Below, one piece after another: positions 40,154-52,862 of a stretch of DNA of 64,000 nt. Source of the DNA: Owenia fusiformis (taxonomy: Eukaryota). The notes beneath the pieces were generated by a model that searched no databases, was not told where the DNA came from, and was given only the letters and a program-made list of their open reading frames with translations. The DNA lies in the NCBI GenBank assembly GCA_903813345.2, contig CAIIXF020000001.1, positions 19,654,001 to 19,718,000 on the forward strand, written 5' to 3'. Position 1 is the first letter of the stretch, and each line of letters begins with the position of its first letter. The translations under genes were made by a program, and so were the position numbers.

Positions 40154-42023
40154 CGACATTATCAGATATAGACACCTCCAATTTAATTCATGCATAGGTT
40201 ATGTAACTCAATTGGCTTGTATTTTCCATTACTTGCACAATGTGCTCTTCAAATTATAGGAGGCAAAATTCAGCAAAAATGTGAGTTCCAATGAAAGAAA
40301 ACAATTTTGATTAATTGTACAATTGAATTCCTTTTTGATAGTATTAGAACAGTATTCCAGGCCTAAAATGCGAAGTACAAACCTAGCCCATCTCGAAATA
40401 GATATCGTTTTTCTGTAATTCTGTAGTGTATTACTCACTTGATAAAGTGTAACATCTCACTTATTTCGAATTCCATCTTTGCATATACCTCGAATATCTA
40501 AGGTAAAAAAAACGATAAATTGGCGAATAATGTACGCCAAAACGCCAATGTGTAGTGTTGAAAAGTGAGAATAAAAAAGCTTATTAATTTTCCATATATT
40601 CTTTAGTCATATTTTTTCATTGGAATAAATTGTTTGTGATTTCGAGAACACTAAAGAATGTTTTTGGACACCATGTGATATGCTCCATTTTTTCAAACAT
40701 GTCTAATAATCAAGGAATACTAAAGGTATATACACTCCCCTCCATAAGTTTGGCAACCTTTTTTCCCCATTGAACTACGTGTTGAAGCCTCTTTACGTTT
40801 GAATTTTTATTTACTTAACCGGCGATGAAATGACTTATACTATTGATGGCAACGTAACTTGACTTTATTTCCAATACCTCCAAATTTTCTCAATTTTTTC
40901 CTCAATTACAATAGGTCGAAAATTGATGATAAATTTGATGAATTTTTGAAAATCGTCATTCCCATGTAATCCAATGGGAAATGGAGGGTTCGGGGCAAAT
41001 CAGAAATCAGGATATCTTTTCAGTGAAAGATTCAGCAAAAAATATTTTTATATAGAAAATTGAATTGTCTAGCTTTTATGAACCCTAAGTGTTTAGTTTA
41101 TTTGATGAATATTAAAGTTACAGCGCTTCAAAGTCATTTTAGAAAATATTTTTTCGCCTCCTGTGTTATTTCAATGGGAGAGGTTTTTTGAAAAACAATT
41201 TTGACTTTAAAGCCTTATAACTTTGTTGAACCTGAAGAAACATTTTTTGTTAAATAAAGTTAGCAAATTCAATTGCCTGCCTAACTCGTATTTTTGCAAG
41301 GACTCGGATGGATGGATATTCTGTCATATGACTTGAGGCAAACCTACCATTTCCCATTGGTTAACATGGGAATGTCGATTTTCAAAAATTCATCAAATTT
41401 ATCATCAATTTTCGACCTATTGTAATTGAGGAAAAAAATTGAGAAAATTTGGAGGTATTGGAATTAAAGTCAAATTACGTTTCCATCAATAGTATTTAAG
41501 TATTTTCATCGCAGGTTAAGTAAATAAAAATTCAAAGGTAAAGAGGCTTTAACACGTAGTTCAATGGGGGAAAAAAGGTTGCCAAACTTATGGAGGGGAG
41601 TGTAATTCTCAATATTGAAGTGTAAACAAAACAGGCATTGCGAGGTAACTATTTTGGCAGACTCAGATCTATAGGGGTGACAAAATTGCTAGCAATATCT
41701 ACAATTGACCTACCAATCTATTCCTTACAATCTCAAATACAATATCACCCAAAAGATTCATGATATGTTAAAAATTGGTGAACTTATCATGGATTCAAAG
41801 TGCTAAAATAGGTGAAAAATGTTTAAATTCTCCCAAATAATAAGAATGGTGACCATTCTAGATTATTGTATGTGTAAAAATATCTAGTTTTCCTGAAATG
41901 AAGTGTGCACTTTGATGATTTTTAGAAAATAGACATGACAACTTATGACATGAGCCAGAAATATTCTAAAATTGAAACCATTTTTTGTTGGCTTGCATTT
42001 GCTCGCTATATCTGTTTCTCTCT
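40154..42023. mobile_element. Kolobok-like element hosting a nested MITE
   Basis: Right end ...CTATATCTGTTTCTCTCT|TTAA is shared with 1-336. The probable left end TCAA|CGACATTATCAGATATAG matches the family terminus (as seen in the 1-336 copy) at 14/18. The left boundary is less certain. Confidence 0.55.
40733..41602. mobile_element. Tc1-like foldback MITE with ~260-bp terminal inverted repeats
   Basis: TA|CACTCCCCTCCATAAGTTTGGCAACC ... GGTTGCCAAACTTATGGAGGGGAGTG|TA. The inverted arms extend to ~40990 and ~41340. Confidence 0.9.
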
Positions 42024-43262
42024 TTAATAAATTGATATACATATTTTTCTCGGAAATAAAAAGTAAAACAAAGAAAAAAGAAAACACTTTACGTGGAGAA
42101 AAGGCGACCATCTCAGGGCGATTTTGATCAAATCCATATAGCTAAGGGTTTCTCTTTTTGGGAGAAAATATCAAAAGATTGGTGTACGGTGTTCCTAGGT
42201 GAGATTCCCTTTAGGAGAAATACATTAATTGTCAATTGATAAAAAAAACTAGTATGGATTCGAAATGCCTCAAATAATTGTAACATAAAATGAGCTTAAA
42301 ATAAAATATAATAGTACCGCTAAGAACTATATTTCGAATAAACACGCCGCGTAAACGTAGGCTATATTTTCCCCTTTCATTTGAAAAAGTCAAAATTTTA
42401 AGTATTAGAACAGGATATTGTGACAAATATAATTTAATCGTTATTCAGAAAATTGAATGAAAAGAAAAATATCGCATGAGACGAGTAGTACTACAAATGG
42501 CTTTAAGAAAGAATAAAGTGAAATCTTATAAACAAATCAAATTTCGCATTTATTTTAAATTACACCATATTCGTTTGATTTTGTTAATCACACCCCATTT
42601 AACAAAATAATGAAACGCGTAACCATATGCCATAACCCCGACATAACATAGCTGCGATGCTGTTTGAAAATCTTTTATCACGGTTTAATGCAGTTTTAAG
42701 CTTGCTCAGAGATTGAATGCAAACTTTTGAATTGGAATTCATATAACAACGGTTACGATATTTGAACCAAATAATGTACACTCTCATAGGATTATAGTTT
42801 AAACCGGGGAATGTATTTATGTTGTAACCCTAACACGTTTTTCAACTTCGAAATGGGCTCTATAAAATATGTATTAGGCCTAGTAAACTTGCCAATCCGG
42901 CATAAGCCCGTTGATTTTCCAAAGTTTCAAAATTGAAGGCTTAACAGTATCGAGAAGAACGTAAACGTTTTCTTCGCAATTGCTAAGAAAGAGCCTTTAA
43001 CGTATGAAACGTACGTGAACAACAATTTTCATCTCGTAAGTGAATATAGATGGAAATACTATTACTGATTTAAACAGGATCCTTATAACGCAGTGTTAAA
43101 GGCAGACTAATATCCAATACTAAATATAGAAGACGCTCGGCGGTTAAAGGAGCGGTATAACATACTAGACCAATATATCATTGGAAAAGGACGAACAAGG
43201 TCACGTTATTCAAGTTAAAGTATAGTACTACAGGGATTTCATTGGAAATATACAGATCAGCG

Positions 43263-43289
43263 ATGGAAAACCCAAAAGACGGAGAAGAT
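43263..43289 (+). CDS. Probable first coding exon (MENPKDGED) of an unidentified gene
   Basis: gcgATGG start followed by 9 codons and a consensus |gtaagt donor (phase 0). Lies in a locally CpG-richer, promoter-like zone. Phase is compatible with exon 60407-60637. Confidence 0.5.
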
Positions 43290-44731
43290 GTAAGTAATGA
43301 TTATGTTGTTATGTGTTCGTGAAATTTTGTAAGATCGACTTCGTATAAACGAGACATCTAATTTGACTATTGTGTTGTATTTCGATCGTTATATCTATTA
43401 GACCACGTTACGGTATAGTATTCACATTTAGTGATGCACGAGAAACAAGACAGTATATAACCAGGAAAATGTTACGTTGTTTTAGATAAGATGCTAAATA
43501 TATCAACTTATAGATGTTAATAATTAGCTCTGTCTGATTTCTATATACTCAGGCTTGAATTATAGATAAAAGCAAGAATCAAAATCATACATGTGATCTT
43601 TTATAGACCATGTGAACGAGGCCTCTGTGTCCAACTGTCCATTTAAAAAGGCTATAAGCCTACGTTAACATGGGCTGAACGGAAATGGATTTGAACCTGC
43701 ATCACAATTACAGTCAATACTAACACTCTATAACCCTACTTGTACTATTGAACAATGAATGTGAATTGATTTTGTATATACTATATGTACTGCTTATTGT
43801 GTATGTTCAATATATACAATAATATTGGCCAGAACACGTCAGCAAAGAGTAATGTCCGCCCCTTCTGTAATAAGAGGCATGAAACAAGTTGACCAAGAGG
43901 GCTTGATGGGAGTTGTCGAGGGAAGTCAACTGGTAAAGCATCTCTGCATCAACCCAACTTAATAACCCTTCTTATTAATGTTATTGCATCTTGATTCACT
44001 GGGTTCCATTGGTTTAACTGCATATATAAAAATGATGGAAGACGCCCATATACAGTTGATTCATCTTTGTTTTTGTTTGATATTGTCTTCTTCTAAGTTA
44101 CTGGATCCCTACCTCCTTCAACCCCAAGGCTCCAGAAGGTGAAATAGGCCTACAGTAAGAGTTCAAAAGGACTTGATGCAAGAGTAACCAAGCCAAGATG
44201 CACTCCCCTATGGTTTCCCACATTCCATTCCCTCGTTTATAATGGTTCTACCCGTGTGGGTTCACGAATAGGTCATTTATGGGTCGGGCCATTAGATGAT
44301 CAAGGCCCGGGTGCCTAACCCTCTTCCCCACGAATTCAATTTCTTAAAAGATTATATTCAGGCTTCTTGATGATTTGATGATAGCATGGGTTTATTTAAT
44401 GCCCATGATGATAGAGACCAAATCATTATGTTAAAATCAATCCGATCTACAAATGAGAAAATATCGCCGATGGAGAGTACTTGAAACGTGTCACGTTCAA
44501 TAAAAATGGAATGAAATGAAAATATACTCGTGGTATAAAGCAATCAAAACGTGGGAGTGATCGGGGTGTGCCACATGGAAGAGATTCCATTGGATAAATC
44601 AGCTAACGCCAACGTAGCTTAGTATAGTAACCACATTTTAGAAATAAAACAGATCGGAAAACCTGGCAACAGTTTAGCTTGACGATCCCATATGGCCAAG
44701 ACTCATTTTTATGATGTGTATCGTTATCAAT

Positions 44732-45036
44732 CAAGGAGGATTGGCTCCCAGGATCGAAACTCGATATTTTCCAACAATGAAAACGTCGAAATGTCGTTAT
44801 TTTCTGAAATTAAAACCGACTATAAATTCAAAATAAACAGTTCAAAAGATTCGAACCAATATCTCGATCATTTCTTGTGAGTTTTGGAATTTTTCGTTTG
44901 GAAATAAGACCAAAATTCACGATTTAAATGTTGAAGTGAACAAAATGGCGGCTGTTTGAATTCGAATTTTGTATTACGACATACCCATATATGGGACAGA
45001 ATATCGGTGGTGCACTCTGGGAGCCAATCCTCCTTG
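44732..45036. mobile_element. 305-bp MITE with 20-bp TIR and 9-bp TSD, copy 1
   Basis: GTTATCAAT|CAAGGAGGATTGGCTCCCAG ... CTGGGAGCCAATCCTCCTTG|GTTATCAAT. Confidence 0.9.
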
Positions 45037-45530
45037 GTTATCAATGTTAATTTGTTAAATACTTGTCATGCATACATGTAATAAGCCAAAAGATATCAGA
45101 TGCAAGCCGTGTTGCACGTTCCAAATACAGGGAAATAATAAGTCTCTGCATGGGCATTCAGCCCATGGTCTCTGGGAGACTATCCTAAATAGATGAGGCT
45201 GGACAGTAGCGTACGGACGGGCTAAAAAAGCCTTGTCCCAAAAATTAGGGCCTTAGTGGGCCTTTTTGGCATTACTTTTCAATTTTAGGCCAAAGAAAAT
45301 GGGCATTGAATTTTCTATTTTTTCGCGCTCAAGCGCGGAATTCCGTTTTTCAGACTTAAAATGTGCCCCGAATGTGCCCCTTGGTTTTCAGGCCCACATG
45401 TGTCGTCAGTAGCCATTGAATACGTAATTCTCACATTCCTGGTTACTCATTCTGTGAACTCATACTTTTGATTTTAATACGATGTTGGATACCCGATGGT
45501 TATCGGTCAAAGTCACATGTGAGAAAGTTG

Positions 45531-45661
45531 GGCAAGCAAGCAAGCAAACAAACAAACAAACAAACAAACAAACAAACAAACAAACAGGCCACAATGCTTT
45601 AAAGTAAAAATTTATGTTTTTGTAACAGACAGCAAACAAACAAACAAACAAACAAACAAAC
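45531..45661. repeat. Two (AAAC)n microsatellite tracts
   Basis: (CAAG)/(CAAA)n at ~45533-45586 and ~45633-45661. Confidence 0.85.
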
Positions 45662-46158
45662 ATGTCACAATACTTTTTTGTTACTCCATGACTGGTGTAG
45701 CCTACTATTAAAGATACATGTTCTGCTCTGTGGTCGGTTGCATTTTCGGATTTCGGCATGCTAACAGGGGGGGGGGGGGGTCATTTCAAGTCAGCACAGA
45801 AAAACGCTTTGGGCCCCCAAGACCAAAAATTCGGCTCAAATTTTGAAAATTTCAGGTGCATTTTTTATAATTAATTAATCATTTTTTATAATAAAAAGCC
45901 CTCTAAAGGCCAAATTATGTCCAAAAGGGCCCTTTCTTGGAGGCCCACATTTTTACCTAATTTTTGGGCCCAAAAATATTTGGGCCCGAAACATTTTGCC
46001 CCCATGCCCCCCTGGATCCGCCAGTGGAAAAAATGAGAACAATTAACAATTGCCGCCCTAATAACGGTGAACTTACTATTAGCAAAATGACCAGTCCCCA
46101 ATATTTTTTAAGCATCAGTGTTTTCATGAATTTACCCCAAAAATTGTCACAAATGTAC

Positions 46159-46462
46159 CAAGGAGGATTGGCTCCCAGAATCGAAGTCGATATTTTCCAA
46201 CAATGAAAACGCCGAGATGTCGTTATTTTCTGAAATTATAACCGATTATAAATTCAAAATAAACAGTTCAAAAGATTCGAACCAATATCTCGATCATTTC
46301 CTGTGAGTTTTGGAATTTTTCGTTAGGAAATAAGACCAAAATTCACGATTCAAATGTTGAAGTGAACAAAATGGCGGCTGTTGGAATTCAAATTTTGTAG
46401 CACGACATGCCCATATATGGGACAGAATATCGATGTTGCACTCTGGGAGCCAATCCTCCTTG
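46159..46462. mobile_element. Same MITE, copy 2
   Basis: CAAATGTAC|CAAGGAGGATTGGCTCCCAG ... CTGGGAGCCAATCCTCCTTG|CAAATGTAC; the interior is near-identical to copy 1. Confidence 0.9.
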
Positions 46463-46985
46463 CAAATGTACCGAGTTCCCAGTTCTCACTGCTCAATCAT
46501 GCAAAGCTTTAATTTGAATTTAATCCCTTAAATCATCAATATATCGACTGATCGAGGCTACAGGCTGAGAAAGTAGCATCACCTATCAAGACATGAGTCC
46601 AAAAGTGAATGTAGAAACGGTAAGTTATTATGAAACTGTTGATTCATCTATTTCTCCCTTTTCAATTTAGAATTCCTATCAAAATTTTGATTCTTCCAAT
46701 CCATCGACCCATGTCAACAAAATGTTTTTTCAGCCGCAAGAGATTTTTTTCTGAGCCCATCAGTGCCCTGGCAGTGCTAGTCTTCAACATACCACTGGAA
46801 CAGTCAGATCTTTGACCATAAGAATGGCAACTTCATATCCCGGGCTTCGTAACAATTGACATGATGAGTTCTTGTCTCATTGACAATTTAGACTTAGGGA
46901 CAATATAATTGGTTGGATTTTGCATAATAAAACCATGTGCGGTCAATGAGACATTGGGGGCCAATCCTTTAGTGGGCCCAGAATT

Positions 46986-47648
46986 TGGGACTGCCATTTG
47001 GGGCTACCCCCACATCTGTTTTCAAATATCTGTTTTTCAAATCACCCCCACAACTACTTGTGTATTGAAATCTTGGGGTTGAAATTTTGACACATTGCTT
47101 AATTTTATCAAAATGATATCACTAATCCACCTTATTTTCAGCCGCAAGAGATTTGTTAATTTGAGATTTATGTGATTTGAAAATTCAACCCCACATTTAT
47201 GCGGGTACTTGGGGCATGGGATACTCTCTCTTATTTATAATTTAGCCTTTTTAGGCCTTTTTGTCAATTTATCAAAAATGTGCCTTAATTTTTTTCCGGA
47301 CTCAAAATTTGGCCCCTCCACTTCTTAATTTCTGGATCCCCCTGTGTTTGGTTGGATTTTGAGCTAATGTGACATACATGGTTGGTGCAGGAGTTCATGG
47401 GACTGCCATTTGGGGCTACCCCCATATCTATTTTCAAATATCTGTTTTTCAAATCACCCCCACAACTACTTGTGTATTGAAATCTTGGGGTTGAAATTTT
47501 GACTCATTGCTTAATTTTATCTAAATGATATCACTAATCCAGCTTATTTTCAGCCGCAAGAGATTTGATAATTTGAGATTTATGTGATTTGAAAATTCAA
47601 CCCCACATTTATGCGGGTACTTGGGGCATGGGGTACTCTCTCTTATTT
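46986..47648. repeat. ~250-bp direct duplication
   Basis: 46986-47236 and 47398-47648 are nearly identical (TGGGACTGCCATTTGGGGCTACCCCCA ... ACTCTCTCTTATTT). Confidence 0.85.
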
Positions 47649-48249
47649 GCCATGATACCCACCCTCTTTTGATGTTGTCACAAAGAACATAATTTCTAAA
47701 GATATCTGTACCTGTTACCTCATGATCCAATCAAATGCTGTCACTTCATTCGTCAATCACCCCATAGTGTGTATTAGCAACATTCAGGAAATCAGTCATT
47801 TGGCAATATTTACCAAAGTTTATGATGCACATTTTGTATAACTGATTCAAAATAGTAACGGAGAGGTAAAGATCTCTGGTCATAAAAGCTACAATGAGAT
47901 ATGAGAAGGTTATAGCGTCATAACTGCTTCCTTACGAATGTTATGTAACAATTACATTTTACAAATAAAATGCCCAAATTACAAATACATATATGATGCA
48001 TCAATAGATACTAAAATCGGGTGCATTTTATGTTTGTAAGGACTAGAAATATTTGTAACTAACAATTTATACCAACTACAGCCTACAATTTGTAAACTTC
48101 CCCAAATTTGCCTGTTATTTTATCGAAGAAATGTATTTTTTACGAATAATAATCTTGCATATTACCCATGAATTATTGCATAGGTCACGTGACATGAGAG
48201 TTTTAGGTGTGTGTAGGGGTTGGGGCGATGACTTTGACCATGTCTCTAG

Positions 48250-48895
48250 TAGGGGTGGGACGGAACAGAAAAACTTGGGAACGGGATGGAACAGTATTTA
48301 GACCTTCGGAACGGAAGATTTTTGGAACGGAACATCTGCCTTACCCCATCGATCCAGTCTTGGGAAACCAAAGTGCTCCCAAACTGAGCTCTTGAGGTTT
48401 TTTGGAGCATTTTCTATCGTAAAAGTTTCGGTCGGTGCTGCCATTAAGAGAGCCTACGAAGTCAAACTTGAAATGAAACAAATTAAATATTTGTAACAAA
48501 GATAAAAGATCGCGATGATTGAAATATTATTCATATACACTGCACAATTGATTAATTGATATGATAATATAGTTATTCTTCATCGAACGGGATTTTATCA
48601 GATCGTCCACTATCGCTATATTTAATCAATAATTATCGATTCTTTTTTTTTCGTTTGCTAAAGTTGTAGTTCTAGCGCATACTGACTCTTCAAATTTGGA
48701 GGAGAATCTCTCGTAAGTTTTAAAATTTATTTTTGATTTTAGACAAAATCGGCTTATTTACGATCTAATTGGTGGAAAAATACTGAGCTTGAGGTGTCTT
48801 GTCCCGTTCCGAAAGTGCTTCCTCGTGTTCCGAGTTCCGATACCGAACCCAAATACCGCGGAACGGAACAATTTCGGGTAACTGTCCCACCCCTA
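48250..48895. mobile_element. hAT-like non-autonomous element
   Basis: GTCTCTAG|TAGGGGTGGGAC ... GTCCCACCCCTA|ATCTCTAG: 12-bp TIR, 8-bp TSD with one mismatch, subterminal GGAAC motifs. Confidence 0.8.
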
Positions 48896-51304
48896 ATCTC
48901 TAGTACTTATTCATTGATAAAGTTGACATTCAGTTTGTAGATATTAAACTAATATATTTGCAGAAACAAAAGGTACAATATGAACTCAAATTTATTTGTT
49001 TATGGTTATACAATGTGTCACTAAATGCTTTTAAAGACTTTTGAATGTATTTCAGTATAAAACACGTACATATGTTTTAACGAAACAAATTAGATTAACA
49101 AACAGAAAATATAAACAATGAATGAAAATGCTCAAGTTACGAACATAAATGTGCATTTAACAAATACAGAAGTTCAATTTACGAATACATACATGTACAA
49201 GTATATTAGAATATGAATAATGAAGCAGAAAACATTCTATAGAAGGTACCTAGCCACATATAAAGTGTGTATACATGCTATTACAACCAGGAGAGGGACT
49301 GCATAAGGCCTTGATGGACTCTATCTCCCAAATATTATCTTTCCATTGTTGTATTAACAAGGGGTGTGGGGGGGACATTACTTTACTGACCAGGATCGAA
49401 TAATCCATTTGAACATAAATGCAATGTTGACTAGGCTACATGTATGGTTAACATCTACCATTAGGTCGCATACATATATTAGCCTAAAGCTATTGTTAAC
49501 TTTGTTTCAAATACCAATGCTTTCAAGTCAAATTCAACAGAAAAATCAATACTCAAACATCTGAAGCATTGATTTTACATAGTTACAAACTAGTAACTAT
49601 TAAACATGTCGAAGGGTCATATGTATCATCCAGTATAGGGTTAATAAGTGTTTTATATAAATAGGGTTAATAAGTCTTTTATAGAATAGGGTTAGTAAGT
49701 CTTTTATGGAAATATTTCATATAATTCTGTGTCTATACTAAATGTGTCATTGCTAACTTGAACTATGCATAATAAACAAACTTCTCATTATGAATAGGGG
49801 GTCATGCTAACTGCTTTAAAAATAACAAAATTGAATTGTAATTAAATAGATAACATTTTAATGTATGTTAGATAAGTATGAGTTCAAAATATAACTGATT
49901 AGATCCAGTTACATGTATATTATCTCATACATCCTTAATTACATTATGTAAAATAAGTTAACATGACCAATCTATCTTTTGGACCTTTTTCCTACCTGAC
50001 ATTCGTCAAGTTTATAAATTATGTATTAGGTTTAAAGTCACGAGCCTCAAATCTCCGAGGACCACAGTAATGGCAATATGTGACCAACTCATTGCAAGAC
50101 ACTTATTATATTATTATGTCATCACCAGAATTTGTGACATATTGTTATTGTTACTTTTTTGGGGAATGGAATGTTTGGTGGTTGGTATTCGGCGATTGGT
50201 GTTAAGCATCTGTAATGAATGGCAGGTGGTGGCATTTTGCATGTTAATGCCTCGTGATGTTTGCCATACATGCCACCCTTTTTCCTTTTGCCTATCATTT
50301 TATTGAAGCTTCAGGAGAGTAGTCAGTCTTAAAATAAGCAAGGCAAATTCTAATAAATGAGGCTTTACATCTCTATTTTCCATGCTCAATAACAACTTCT
50401 ATCTGAGGACGTGTTCCGAAGCTTGATAAAGCAAGATGGCACAAAGGAGGTTAAATTGTTCCTGTTATGGACATCATTTTCTCAGATTCAGTAAGAAATT
50501 GGTCTGAATATTATTGCTTCTCCTGCCATATGCTTGGCTTTGGCCATGGCTATTGTGGTGGGCCAACCAGTTACAGTATTAATTAAAATGTCATTTTGGA
50601 AGGGTCCATCTGGTCAACTGTAAACTTCTCAATCTCTTGTCTTGTGTCTCTGGAAGAATTTACTATTTTCTCACATTTTTATGTCACCACCATCACCAAC
50701 TTTGTTGTGGATGATGTTCTGCAGTTGGTGTTTGTTTTTATATTATATGCAGTTGGTGTTTGGCATTCTGCAGTCTGCATCTGTAACAAATGGCATTGGT
50801 AACATTTTGCATGTCACTGCCTTGTCATAATGTTTTGATTGGAAAATTTTAATAAATCACCATCCATCTGAGGTCATTTTAGATGGCACACTTAACAGAT
50901 AGATACTTCATATCTGATAATTCATTTTCGTTATATTACCACTGATTGGTATAAAATTGCAATAGAGCATATACTAAAATAGTACATCTTCACTCTAGTA
51001 GATTCTCTGATGTATTGAAGCACATTTTTACAACATCATAAAAATAAGAACTTAAAATGATTAAATCATCAAAATTATTCCTCGATTCAATCTTCCTGGA
51101 ATAAACTCCTCATTCATTTTTAGTTTGATAGTTTACATTCTTTACATGTCTTGTAAAGCCTCTATAGACAAATATATACAATGTGTTTCTACATGCTCTG
51201 TATTGTGGCAGATTCTGAATGATCTATTTTATTTTTAGAGTAATCGTTCAGAGGTCAGGTATGTACCTTTGCAAATATAAGGTTAGAATGTTCGAAAGAT
51301 TAAC

Positions 51305-52862
51305 TGTTTATTATCCCATCGAACGAAGTTCGGAGGGATATAGGGAACGCCTCCGTCCGTCCGTCCGTCCGTCCGTACGTACGTACGTACGTCCGTCCGT
51401 ACGTCCGTCCGTCCGTCACACGCCCGTCCGTCCGTCTGTCCGTCCGTCCGGGCAATAACTCAAATACCGTTTGCCCGATTTTGTTCATATTTTGTACACA
51501 TATACCCTATGGAGGTAGAAGTTCTGCTCGAAAGCCGATTTTCAAAATGGCCGCTCATTTCAAAATGGCGGCCATTTTAGTGCCGATTTTACAGTAATTT
51601 AGGTGCAATATGTAAAACTGTAATAGCAATATGTTTTAAATGTAAAAAAATTATAAAGGACATTAATAATGCTACAAATGTAAATATTAAAGAAGCACAT
51701 GGCAGCCATCTTGAAAAATGGCGGCCTTTAATCATCATTTTCGATTTTTGCTGTAACTCAAAAAATAGTGGAGCGATTATGTTCATATTTGGTATGTGAA
51801 CAGAGGGGGAGAAACACCAGGGTTCAAAGATGACATACGCTTATAATGTAAATCTGTATTGAGATGACATCGTCGCTGATTGGTCAAAAGTCGACAAACA
51901 AATGACGTCATCAATGACGGTTTCAAAATTTTCGAAATACGCTTCGAATAATATTATGTTCATTTCTGGCGTGTTAACCAATATCATAGCTTCTCATTTC
52001 ACATCAAGATAAGGAAAGGTGTACGGAATATGCCTATGTCAATCAAATCATCCCATCAAAGTGTATTTGATAACTAGCCGATGAAAATTCGAACGAACGA
52101 AGATGGTAAGCAAGAGAGGTAATTATGTCTGTCATCTTTAAACTCTGGGGCTTTCCCTCCTCTTGTATGTGAATACTATAAGCATTGCACACTGTCTAAA
52201 GACACTTTTGGTAGAAGGTGGCCATTTTTAAAAATGGCCGCCATTTTAAAGTATTTTACTATAACTCGAAAAGTAGTGGAGCGATTTTGTTCATATTTGG
52301 TATGTGAATACTATAAGCATGGCACACTGTCCTATGACACTTTTGGTAGAAGGCGGCCATTTTGAAAAATGGCTGCCATTTTAACGTATTTTACTATAAC
52401 TCGAAAAGTAGTGGAGCGATTTTGTTCATATTTGGTATGTGAATACTATAAGCATGGCACAAATGTCTATTTCTAATGACACTTTTGGTAGAAGGTGGCC
52501 ATTTTAACATATTTTACTATAACCCGAAAAGTAGTGGAGAGATTTTGTTCATATTTGATATGTGAATACTTTAAGCATGGCACATTGTCTAATAAAACTT
52601 TTGGGAGTAGTCGGCAATTTTGAAAAATGGCCACCATTTTTATGTGTGTTATTTTACAAGTACGTGTGCGATTTTTCAAAAATTTTAGAGGTGGCTACTA
52701 AAAAGCATATTATTTCTTCTGATGACAACTTGGCTAGTGAGCAACCATTTTGAAAATGGTGGCCTTTCTGGTGTGTTGTTTTATGATATTTGCTATTCGT
52801 TTGTAAAAATGCCAGTCATTTCTGTTCGATGGGATTCGCTACGCTTTGGCATTGCCGTTGTT
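51305..52862 (+). mobile_element. Helentron-associated (HINE/DINE-1-like) element
   Basis: Perfect subterminal inverted repeat ATCCCATCGAAC (51313-51324) / GTTCGATGGGAT (52824-52835), a 5' stem-loop, a (CCGT/ACGT)n microsatellite at ~51353-51450, ~135-bp internal tandem units and a short 3' hairpin in T-rich flanks. Confidence 0.8.
51801..52164. mobile_element. MITE nested in the HINE, 9-bp TSD
   Basis: GTATGTGAA is duplicated at 51792-51800 and 52165-52173. Imperfect ~33-bp TIR ending AAAGATGACA / TGTCATCTTT. Neighbouring host repeat units show the uninterrupted site GGTATGTGAATACTATAAG. Confidence 0.8.

Noticed and set aside
49635-49710. TAGGGTTA telomere-like words
   Set aside because: Part of three ~26-bp tandem units, not a (TTAGGG)n tract.
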